A stretch of DNA of 64,000 nucleotides from the NCBI GenBank assembly GCA_964495015.1, contig CAZBUD010000001.1:69357-133356 (forward strand), written 5' to 3'. The DNA comes from an uncultured Enterobacteriaceae bacterium. Lineage in GTDB: Bacteria; Desulfobacterota; Binatia; Bin18. This document shows positions 51,485 to 59,486 of this stretch, piece after piece. Position 1 is the stretch's first letter, and every line of letters starts with the position of its first letter. Under the pieces are notes generated by a model that did not search any database, had not been told where the DNA came from, and saw only the letters and a program-made list of their open reading frames with translations. The position numbers were made by a program, and so were the translations under genes.

Positions 51485-51553
51485 GTCATTCCTCCGCAGG
51501 CAGGATTCCATCCCCCGGCGCGGCACTGGATTCCCACTCAAGTTGGGAGTGAC
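51485..51553. repeat. ~69-bp composite palindromic element with GTCAYTCC termini, related in style to 10262-10327
   Basis: gtcattcctccgcaggcaggattcca...tggattcccactcaagttgggagtgac. Each half holds a short hairpin. I recall this motif class (translations VIPAQAGI / WIP...) as a widespread intergenic repeat. Confidence 0.5.
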
Positions 51554-51626
51554 AGGGGAGTGCGGCTAGGACAGGCTGAGGCGGCTTCCTTTCGGATAAC
51601 AGGGGAAGAACTTCCGCCACCGTGTA

Positions 51627-51923
51627 CTATGCAACCCAGCCATGCTGGAAGGTGTGGATCGTTCCAGGCGGATACCACCATTCGCCGACGCGACACAAAG
51701 GGCAGTTCTTGTGCATGAAACGCGCATATTCCGGCACGCCGGCCATGGCCTTGACCGCGCCCTCAAAAGTTCCGTCCCGAGTAACCTTCTTGGTCAGCAG
51801 ATAGAGGCCCATGCCACACGACGGGCAGGACAGAATGGTCCCGGAGTCTAAAAAAGGGCGGGGGTTGATTTGGTCCGGCGATGGTTGCGGCATGATCCAA
51901 AGAGCATAAAAGGTTAGACTCAT
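51627..51923 (-). CDS. small zinc-ribbon protein (CPSC...CPLC)
   Basis: 98-aa ORF. Its ATG overlaps the stop of the upstream 404-aa gene (ATGA). It has two CxxC pairs. Confidence 0.5.
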   Translation of the reverse strand: MSLTFYALWIMPQPSPDQINPRPFLDSGTILSCPSCGMGLYLLTKKVTRDGTFEGAVKAMAGVPEYARFMHKNCPLCRVGEWWYPPGTIHTFQHGWVA

Positions 51924-53134
51924 CGTTGCCGCTGCGACTGCTGTACGCGGGCAGCGAATTCCGACGGCTTCATAATCAAGGAGCCTTTCGCGTCCTCCTG
52001 CTCTTGTTGTTTTTCTTCTGCGTAGTGCATACCGATACTCTGTTGCACCAGGCCTTCACAAAAGGGAATCTGGCTTCCGTTCGCCCCTTCTTTTTGCAGC
52101 GCAAGCGAAACGGCCAAGGCTCGTTTCGCGGCTTCAAGCCGATCAGTCGCACAGAGATACAGCGCGGTCTCTTCTAAACGTCGGGAATAAGTCTGACCTT
52201 TTTCGCCTGAGAAGATTTCGACAACAGCCGCTTTGATAACGTCTTCGACCCGGTCGTGTTGTTGTTGCTGGTTGAGGACGAGCGGACTCTCCTGTGCATT
52301 GGTGATCTTTTCGACATAGGGTTTGGCCTGTTCAGAGTCAAACAGCCAGCGCTGGAGTTCTTTTTCCTCAAACAGCTTAAGAGACGTTATTAACAAATTT
52401 TCGTCTGCGGCAATGGCGCCTCGGTCCAGGTGAGCCGGTACAGGAACTTCTTGCGGTTGCGCGGGCACAGCCAGCAGATGTGACCGGGCAGCCAGATAGG
52501 ACTCGACTTCCTTTTTGCCCTGCGCCTTAACCCGTTCATACCCCTCGTGCATGAGGAAATCACAGTACTGCCACTGCGCTTCGACCATCGTAATCTGATG
52601 AGTGTCACTGAGATCCTGACGCGCATGACGCAGCATTTTACGCGTGACTTCAGTGCCTTCAACATAACGCATGCCTTCGGGTTCGTTGACAAGCGAAGAT
52701 AAGAAATGTAGCCCTCCACCAATGCGCGATTTGACAAGCCAGACTAAACGGTCGCCTCGTCCGTCCATTGGTGAGATATAGCCCTCGGGTTCAACCGGAG
52801 TCAGGATTGAGCGTGCTGCTTCCTTTTCCGGCCGGTCAGCATGTATCCCTTTTTGGGAGAGTCGGTAGATGGCACGATGAATTTCTTTCCGCAACCGCTT
52901 ATCACTGATCTTCTCTTCCCAACTCACCAAAAATTGAGCAGACACAGCAGCCTGGATGTCGCCCAGTAATGCGGCTAACGCCAAATCGGCATCAGCATTC
53001 TGCCCAACCCGCTCATTCAAGCTTCCGACCGCCACGCTGCTGTCTCGCAATGTAGAGAGATTAATCCCCCATTCTTCCAATATTTTGTTGCCCTGTATGA
53101 GCCGCGGGTCGTGCTTCGCGCCTTTTTTCGCCAT
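51920..53134 (-). CDS. conserved-looking hypothetical protein, 404 aa
   Basis: The start is chosen at ATG 53134 (RBS GGAGGA). It is a long uninterrupted ORF with a helical C-terminal half and no motif I recognise. Confidence 0.55.
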   Translation of the reverse strand: MAKKGAKHDPRLIQGNKILEEWGINLSTLRDSSVAVGSLNERVGQNADADLALAALLGDIQAAVSAQFLVSWEEKISDKRLRKEIHRAIYRLSQKGIHADRPEKEAARSILTPVEPEGYISPMDGRGDRLVWLVKSRIGGGLHFLSSLVNEPEGMRYVEGTEVTRKMLRHARQDLSDTHQITMVEAQWQYCDFLMHEGYERVKAQGKKEVESYLAARSHLLAVPAQPQEVPVPAHLDRGAIAADENLLITSLKLFEEKELQRWLFDSEQAKPYVEKITNAQESPLVLNQQQQHDRVEDVIKAAVVEIFSGEKGQTYSRRLEETALYLCATDRLEAAKRALAVSLALQKEGANGSQIPFCEGLVQQSIGMHYAEEKQQEQEDAKGSLIMKPSEFAARVQQSQRQR

Positions 53135-53280
53135 GTTTCCTCCGCAGTGCTGCGAGCTTACCCAGCCTGCTCCTTGACTGTCAACAGGATTCACTGTCTC
53201 ATGGTCCCTCCCAAGCGCTCCTGGGCCTAGCCCGTATATGGTATTGTTGTTAGGTAGTTTGCCAAGAAACGGAGGCTATA

Positions 53281-54480
53281 GTGGCAGCAGCGCGCTTTTG
53301 TCCGCAATGCGGTATACAGACCATTCCCAAAGCCAATTTCTGTACGGAATGTGGAGCAACCCTCTCGGGTGAGGGAAGCAAGTGGAGTAAGAAAAAAGGT
53401 AAAAAACCTGCGGCTGCAGCAGCTCCAGTGGAACGCCGTCTGGCTGTCCCTGGACTCGTCGTCCTGTCGCTGTATCTTGTTGTTGGAATGGGGTTATGGA
53501 TTTTCGTGCTCCAGACTGACCCCTTTGCGCCTAGCGCTGGCCCGTCAACCGCATCTACGAGTAGACCCGCGAGTACTGGTGGGTCTGCATTGCCACAAGA
53601 TCATCCCCAGGTTGCGCTGCCTGAAGAAGTCACTGCTCGCATTACCGAACTCGTCGCCCAAGCCAACGCGGCGCCACAAGACCCAGAAGCCTGGCGCACT
53701 CTTGCTGAAGTTCAGTTCCGCGCGTCCCAGATTGACGCCAGTTACCGGAGTGCTGCCCTGGCATCATATCGACGTCTGTCTGAACTTGCTCCGAACGATT
53801 TGGATATGCTGCGCGGTCTGGGCAATGTGTACTACGACTTAGAAGAATATCCTAAAGCGATTGACCACTATCAGCGCTATCTCGCACTGAATCCGGATGA
53901 TCCAGGCACGCAAACGGACCTCGGTACGATGTATCTCTACACGGGTCAGATCGACCAGGCGATCGCTTCATATGAAGCCGTCTTAGAGAAACAGCCTAAT
54001 TTCTTCCAAGCCCATTTTAACCTCGGCATTGCCTATCAAGAAAAAGGCCTGCCGAAACAAGCCCGTGCATCTTTACGAAAATCCAAGACCCTGACCGACA
54101 ATGCCAATATCCAGGCCCGGATCGATCAGATCCTGGCTCAACTTACGAATGGAACGGGAGCGTCCCAGACTGCACCGCAAACCAGTTCCGCTACTCCTCC
54201 GTTTCAACAAGCGGTCGAATCACTCTTCCGTATGCATGAAATGATGGCACCCAAGATTGTCCGCATCGAATGGCCGTCACAAACCGAGGCCCAGGTGTTC
54301 TTTCGCAATTTTCCTATGGCTGGTATGCCTCAGACGGTGCGAGAGGGATTCCGAAAGAAGCTCCAAGCCCAAATTACTGGCGCGCAGCAAAAAAATGGTG
54401 TCAGCGGCCAGGTGACTGTTGAGCTCGTCGATATCGATACACAGCAGGTTATGGAGCGCATCACCACGGCAGCGTCGTAG
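53281..54480 (+). CDS. zinc-ribbon / single-TM / TPR-repeat protein
   Basis: GTG start with the RBS GGAGG. It has an N-terminal double CxxC (FCPQCG...FCTECG) and a TM helix (LAVPGLVVLSLYLVVGMGLWIFVL). TPR units follow (AWRTLAEVQF.., MLRGLGNVYYDLEEYPKAIDHYQRYLALNPDD, GTMYLYTGQIDQAIASYEAVLEKQPNF, AHFNLGIAYQEKG). Confidence 0.75.
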   Translation: MAAARFCPQCGIQTIPKANFCTECGATLSGEGSKWSKKKGKKPAAAAAPVERRLAVPGLVVLSLYLVVGMGLWIFVLQTDPFAPSAGPSTASTSRPASTGGSALPQDHPQVALPEEVTARITELVAQANAAPQDPEAWRTLAEVQFRASQIDASYRSAALASYRRLSELAPNDLDMLRGLGNVYYDLEEYPKAIDHYQRYLALNPDDPGTQTDLGTMYLYTGQIDQAIASYEAVLEKQPNFFQAHFNLGIAYQEKGLPKQARASLRKSKTLTDNANIQARIDQILAQLTNGTGASQTAPQTSSATPPFQQAVESLFRMHEMMAPKIVRIEWPSQTEAQVFFRNFPMAGMPQTVREGFRKKLQAQITGAQQKNGVSGQVTVELVDIDTQQVMERITTAAS

Positions 54481-54496
54481 AAAGTGAATCACGATT

Positions 54497-55321
54497 ATGA
54501 GTCAAGATACTACAAATGGTTCCGTCCCGTTTTATTTACCAATAGGCGATGAGGTCGATATTTTTTGCGCCGCGTATGAATGTCGTCTGCCGGTCTTGCT
54601 CAAAGGCCCAACCGGCTGCGGCAAGACACGCTTTGTCGAACATATGGCTCATACGCTCACGTCAGATCGCAATGAAGATATTCCGGAGAATATTGTCACG
54701 GTTGCCTGCCATGAAGATTTAACAGGCAGTGACTTGGTTGGCCGTTATCTCATCAAGGGCGACGATACGGTTTGGGTGGACGGCCCTTTGACTCAAGCCG
54801 TACGAACCGGGGCGATTTGCTATTTGGATGAAATTGTCGAAGCCCGCAAGGATACGATTGTCCTTATCCACCCGCTGACCGATCATCGGCGTATTCTTCC
54901 GATTGATAAAAAAACTGAGATTCTTCAGGCGCACGAAAATTTTCTTTTAGTGATATCGTATAATCCCGGCTACCAGAGCATACTCAAAGATCTGAAGCAC
55001 TCGACCCGGCAGCGCTTCGTCACTATTGAGTTCACCTACCCGCCACGGGATAAAGAGGCTGAGATCATTGCGCATGAGAGCCAACTCCCGCTTGAAACTA
55101 CGCTTGATCTGGCCAAGCTGGGAGAAAAGGTGCGCCATCTGAAAGCAAGCGGACTCGAAGAAGGCGTCAGCACCCGACTGCTTATTTATTCCGGCCAACT
55201 CATCCGCCGAGGCGTGGCGCCGCGCCGCGCCTGCACAGTCGCCGTCTCCCGTTCGTTGACGGATGACAACGATTCGCAGCGGGCTATTGATGAAGTCATT
55301 AATGCCATCTTTCCAGAGTAG
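54497..55321 (+). CDS. CbbQ/NirQ/NorQ/GvpN-family MoxR-type AAA+ ATPase
   Basis: 274 aa. Motifs [18 protein letters not shown] (Walker A), [31 protein letters not shown] (Walker B), HPLTDHRR and [11 protein letters not shown]. Confidence 0.9.
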   Translation: MSQDTTNGSVPFYLPIGDEVDIFCAAYECRLPVLLKGPTGCGKTRFVEHMAHTLTSDRNEDIPENIVTVACHEDLTGSDLVGRYLIKGDDTVWVDGPLTQAVRTGAICYLDEIVEARKDTIVLIHPLTDHRRILPIDKKTEILQAHENFLLVISYNPGYQSILKDLKHSTRQRFVTIEFTYPPRDKEAEIIAHESQLPLETTLDLAKLGEKVRHLKASGLEEGVSTRLLIYSGQLIRRGVAPRRACTVAVSRSLTDDNDSQRAIDEVINAIFPE

Positions 55322-55376
55322 CGCTGCGTGAGCGGCGATCAGGGACACCATGCATTGCACGCGTTACGCGGCCTGA

Positions 55377-56090
55377 TCAATAATCGTTCTCAATGATCTT
55401 GCGTGCCGTGTGAAAGACGGAGTGAAACATCCGCCGCGTGAGTCGACCCGTGAATGTATTCTGCTGACTTGGATCGTAAGAGCCGGGGAGGGTTACGCCG
55501 CCAAGATCATACTTCTTGGCGTGCCCAAACTTTGGAACTGGAGAAGGAAGAGCCAGCCCGATCTCCCGGCGCACCCTGAGGTAGGCGACGAAAGCAAACT
55601 GCCTGAGCGCAATCACAACGCGAACCTGCTGAAGCAACTGGAGTTCACACGGTAAATGCGCCTGGCAAGCATCAAATTCTTCGCGGAGTGGCTTGTTGTA
55701 CGGCGGCGCGCAATGCAAAGGCGCCGTGACGTGAGAATTCTGTAAGACGAGCCCGTCGTCGATATGCGTCGAGGTCGGCTGGTTGGCAAATCCTTAGGCA
55801 TGCAGTGCTCCGAAAACCCAGTTCCCACTTCGGTCACCAGTAAACACCCGGCCTGTCCAGTTTCCGCCGTGGGCGGCTGGCGCAAGACCGACAATATAGA
55901 GGCGAGCGTATCGGTCGCCAAGACTCGGCGCGGGTTTTCCCCAGTAATCCCAGTCGCGGTAGCGTTTTACTTTTTCTTGGGCCGTACGTTGACAGTGCTG
56001 AATGAGCCGGGGACGGCGTTGAAAGTTAACAATGCGGCATTGGAGGTCGGCGATGGTGCGCATCGTGGTCGCGTCGTGGTACTTATGCAT
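55377..56090 (-). pseudogene. family-5-type uracil-DNA glycosylase with a single in-frame TAA
   Basis: The N-terminal ORF (..ARLYIVGLAPAAHGGNWTGRVFTGDRSGNWVFGALHA*) and the C-terminal ORF (..HCAPPYNKP...VIALRQFAF...FGHAKKY...SYDPSQQNTFTGRLT) are in the same frame. They are separated only by TAA at 55794-55796, and the stretch between them reads GFANQPTSTHIDDGLVLQN. Confidence 0.75.
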
Positions 56091-56146
56091 ACAAGCAGTC
56101 GAGGCAAAACATGAATAGCCCCGACAAAAGAAAAAATAGCGAGCGT

Positions 56147-57625
56147 CTACAAACTCAGCACATACTGCACCAGGGTGCGGACGCCAAAGCCGGTTCCGCC
56201 TCTCGGGGTATAGGACAATTCGCGTTCCGAAAAGGCCGGACCTGCAATATCAAGGTGCGCCCAGGGAACATCGGACACAAATTCTTCCAAAAAGAGAGCG
56301 GCCGTAATAGCACCACCATAGCCCCCACCGATATTTTTGACATCGGCAATCGAGCTCTTAATATCGCCTCTGTATTCTTTGACCAGCGGCATATGCCACA
56401 GCTGCTCCCCTGTTTCTTTGCTGCACTTGAGCAGCGCATCTGTCAGCTTCTGATTGTTACTGAACAGTCCGGCAACCTGGGAGCCCAACGCGACCATGCA
56501 GGCGCCGGTCAGGGTTGCCAGGTCAATAATGACGTCTGGTTTTTCTTCTACGGCACAAATAAGCGCGTCGGCTAGGATCAAACGCCCTTCGGCGTCAGTG
56601 TTGAGCACCTCCACCGTTTTCCCGTTCCGATAGCTGATAATATCGCCCGGTTTCTGAGCCGTCCCGCTCGGCATGTTTTCAGATGAAGGAATATAGCCAG
56701 TGACCTGGACTTGGGGCTTGAGCTGCGCAATCGCGCGCATAGTCCCAAGCACAGTTGCCCCGCCTGACATATCGATCTTCATCGTCTCCATGGACTTCGC
56801 CGGCTTGAGAGAGAGGCCACCCGAGTCAAAGGTCAGTCCTTTACCGACCAAAGCAACTTTCCTCTTGGGCTTGCCTGAGGGCTTATAGGTCAGCTTAATA
56901 AAGCGTGGCTCTTCCAGGCTACCGCGCGCAACAGCCAGCAGCCCGTTCATCTTGGCCGCTTTGATCTTATTCACACCCCAGACTTCAGCTTTCAGTCCGT
57001 TGCCACCGCACAGTTTTTTGGCCTGATTGGCGAGGTAGGTCGGCGTCGAGACTGAGGCTGGCTCATTGACTAAGTCCCGTGCGAGGAAGACACCGGGAAC
57101 AATATGCTGAACTGCTTCGAGCGTCTGTGCCAGTTTGGCGTTTTTCTTGAGTTCGGGGCCGACAAACGTTAGCGTCTCAACCTGCGTTTGTTTCCCGTCG
57201 TCGGATTTATATTTCTGAAACGTATAACCTGATAACAGCAGACCTTCGAGGACAGCAACGCAGGCTGCTGTCCCGCCCGTGTCTTCTGCCACAAACCATG
57301 CGAGCCCTTTGGCCCGTTGCACTTGGGCTTGTTTGCGGGCGTAGGCCGCGCTCTGCCGCCACGTTGCGGGCTCAAGACCGTCTCGTTTGCCTAACCCAAT
57401 AAAAAGAATAGCCGAGCTCGGAAGGCGTCTCTGGGTCTGGAATAACATCATCTCACCACGTTTGCCTTGAAAACGGCGGCGCATCAGTTGCTCCCGAAGT
57501 ACGCCATCAACACGGACATCAAGTTCTCTGATGCCCGGTCCATTTTGCCCCCCTTGAAGAACGGGGACGACCAGGAGTTCACTTCTCACGGCAGCAACCG
57601 GTTGAGACTGAACACGAATATTCAT
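56147..57625 (-). CDS. pepA: leucyl aminopeptidase (M17)
   Basis: The start is chosen at ATG 57625 (MNIRVQS..). Motifs VGKGLTFDSGG, NTDAEGRL and the M17 metal ligands. Confidence 0.9.
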   Translation of the reverse strand: MNIRVQSQPVAAVRSELLVVPVLQGGQNGPGIRELDVRVDGVLREQLMRRRFQGKRGEMMLFQTQRRLPSSAILFIGLGKRDGLEPATWRQSAAYARKQAQVQRAKGLAWFVAEDTGGTAACVAVLEGLLLSGYTFQKYKSDDGKQTQVETLTFVGPELKKNAKLAQTLEAVQHIVPGVFLARDLVNEPASVSTPTYLANQAKKLCGGNGLKAEVWGVNKIKAAKMNGLLAVARGSLEEPRFIKLTYKPSGKPKRKVALVGKGLTFDSGGLSLKPAKSMETMKIDMSGGATVLGTMRAIAQLKPQVQVTGYIPSSENMPSGTAQKPGDIISYRNGKTVEVLNTDAEGRLILADALICAVEEKPDVIIDLATLTGACMVALGSQVAGLFSNNQKLTDALLKCSKETGEQLWHMPLVKEYRGDIKSSIADVKNIGGGYGGAITAALFLEEFVSDVPWAHLDIAGPAFSERELSYTPRGGTGFGVRTLVQYVLSL

Positions 57626-57788
57626 GCTGTTCTTCCCTTCGTGGACAAATACGTAGGTTTGTAGGTACGTTTGAAAACCGCGAGGGGAGGGAAAAGAGCC
57701 GTGCAGCGCAATAGATAGATGGAGCGGTTCCCCCGTGCGCCCTCTCCACAGCAATCACCCCAGTCGGTGCCAGGGAAAAGAGGAAGAC

Positions 57789-58082
57789 TTATGAAGCCGG
57801 AGTTGCCTCATGTTCTGGCGTCTCAGGTTCCTGAGCCTCAACTTTTTGCGCCTCAGCGTCCTGAGCCGGCTCAGCAGCAGCGGCAGTTTCCCGAGCTTGG
57901 GCTGCCGCCGCCTGCACTTTGGCTATGGCTGCCTCTCGCGCCAAGGCACGCAACTGGCGCTTTATAGAGCGAATATTTCGCCGAACTTTCTTGAGTTCTT
58001 TATGCTCCTTCTGCTCCAGCGCGCTAGCCCGCTGGGCTTTGAGTTCTTTCATCTGCGTTTTCAGTTCGGCTTTCTCCGCCAT
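57789..58082 (-). CDS. hypothetical coiled-coil, Ala/Glu/Lys-rich small protein
   Basis: 97 aa, beginning 3 nt after the upstream gene. Low-complexity sequence. Confidence 0.45.
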   Translation of the reverse strand: MAEKAELKTQMKELKAQRASALEQKEHKELKKVRRNIRSIKRQLRALAREAAIAKVQAAAAQARETAAAAEPAQDAEAQKVEAQEPETPEHEATPAS

Positions 58083-58085
58083 AAT

Positions 58086-58397
58086 CTAATCCCCACTCTC
58101 TTCCTCTGATTGTGCGTTTGGCTTAAACGTCTTCTTTGCCAGATAAAACATCGTCGCGCCAGCCACCCCGTACATAATTACACCCTCGAATAATCCGACT
58201 CCGCCAGCCAACATGAGTACCACTAGAACGAGGGCGGTGCCAATGACAGCAACGATCTTTTCGATCCGTTCTTCCCGGTCGCGGACTTCTTCTACATGGG
58301 CACTGACCGGCGTTGCACACGACGGGCACTGCCCGTCTCGCTTTCGATACAGAATCTTTCCGCACTGGGGGCAAGGAATTCGAAGGTGAAGTGACAT
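58086..58397 (-). CDS. zinc-ribbon membrane protein (CPQC...CPSC plus 2 TM)
   Basis: 103 aa with two CxxC pairs and the hydrophobic segments IVAVIGTALVLVVLMLAGGVGLF and IMYGVAGATMFYL. Confidence 0.5.
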   Translation of the reverse strand: MSLHLRIPCPQCGKILYRKRDGQCPSCATPVSAHVEEVRDREERIEKIVAVIGTALVLVVLMLAGGVGLFEGVIMYGVAGATMFYLAKKTFKPNAQSEEESGD

Positions 58398-58467
58398 AGG
58401 CTAGAAACACGAAGACCCCAGCCTATAGTAAATTCACAAGCTAGGGCCTCCTCTATCTATCAGGCGT

Positions 58468-59481
58468 CTATTCCACAGTCCACACATCACCGCGGCGGAG
58501 GAGATCGTCAAGCTTGCCCGGTCCGGACTTTTCAACTGCAGTCTCAATTTGTTGGGCCATCAGGGCTTCAATAGTCGGTCTTTCCGTTGAAAACAGCACG
58601 CCAAGCGGTGTTGGGAAGTTGGGCTGCGCCATGCGGCTGAGTACATACGCCAGCGTTTGATCGTGTTCATCGTGCACCAAGAGATCTGAGGTGCTTACGC
58701 CGTTACCAATGCTGACCACTTCCGGCTTTAACCCGTTGAGGCGAATGCCACGCTCTTTGTTCTTTCCAAAAACCATAGGTTTGCCATGCTCAAGAAGCAA
58801 TTGGGTATCGGCTTTGGAGCCTTTATCCTTCAGGTGTTCCCATACCCCGTCATTATAGACATTGCAGTTCTGCAAGATCTCAAGAAAAGTGCCACCTTTA
58901 TGAGCGGCAGCCTGTCTGAGTGTCTCTTGCTGGTGTTTGGCTTCAGTGTCGATAGTGCGTGCAATAAACGTAGCTTCTGCGCCCAGCACCAATGTCATCG
59001 GGTTGAGCGGATGATCGACCGAGCCCATGGGTGTGGACTTGGCCACTTTTCCTAGTTCAGAGGTCGGAGAGTATTGGCCCTTGGTCAAACCATAGATGCG
59101 GTTGTTAAAGAGCATGATTTTCAGCTCAACATTACGGCGCAGGGCGTGGATGAGATGATTGCCACCGATGCTCAAACCATCGCCGTCACCAGTGACGAGC
59201 CAAATATGCAGGTCGGGCCTGGATATCTTCAATCCAGTTGCAATTGCAGGAGCACGACCATGAATAGTATGAAAGCCGTACGTGTTCATATAATACGGGA
59301 AGCGGCTGGCACAGCCGATGCCCGAGATGAATACCGCTTTTTCTTTTGGGATGCCAAGCTCAGGAAAGATTTTTTGGACCTGGGCCAGAATGGCATAGTC
59401 TCCGCAGCCGGGACACCAGCGCACATCCTGGTCGGAGACAAAATCTTTTCGTGTCAGTTTTACTGCAGCTTCTGTACTCAT
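58468..59481 (-). CDS. korB: 2-oxoacid:ferredoxin oxidoreductase beta (TPP-binding) subunit
   Basis: 337 aa. Motifs WCPGCGDYAIL, GIGCASRFPYY, HGRAPAIATG and GDGDGLSIGGNH. Confidence 0.9.
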   Translation of the reverse strand: MSTEAAVKLTRKDFVSDQDVRWCPGCGDYAILAQVQKIFPELGIPKEKAVFISGIGCASRFPYYMNTYGFHTIHGRAPAIATGLKISRPDLHIWLVTGDGDGLSIGGNHLIHALRRNVELKIMLFNNRIYGLTKGQYSPTSELGKVAKSTPMGSVDHPLNPMTLVLGAEATFIARTIDTEAKHQQETLRQAAAHKGGTFLEILQNCNVYNDGVWEHLKDKGSKADTQLLLEHGKPMVFGKNKERGIRLNGLKPEVVSIGNGVSTSDLLVHDEHDQTLAYVLSRMAQPNFPTPLGVLFSTERPTIEALMAQQIETAVEKSGPGKLDDLLRRGDVWTVE

Positions 59482-59486
59482 GATCC

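Noticed and set aside
55794-55796. In-frame TAA in the UDG gene, considered as stop-codon recoding or an alternative genetic code.
   Set aside because: TAA terminates many well-supported genes in this window, including ORF 27..419, and no recoding mechanism for TAA is known. A nonsense mutation or a sequencing error is the simpler explanation.
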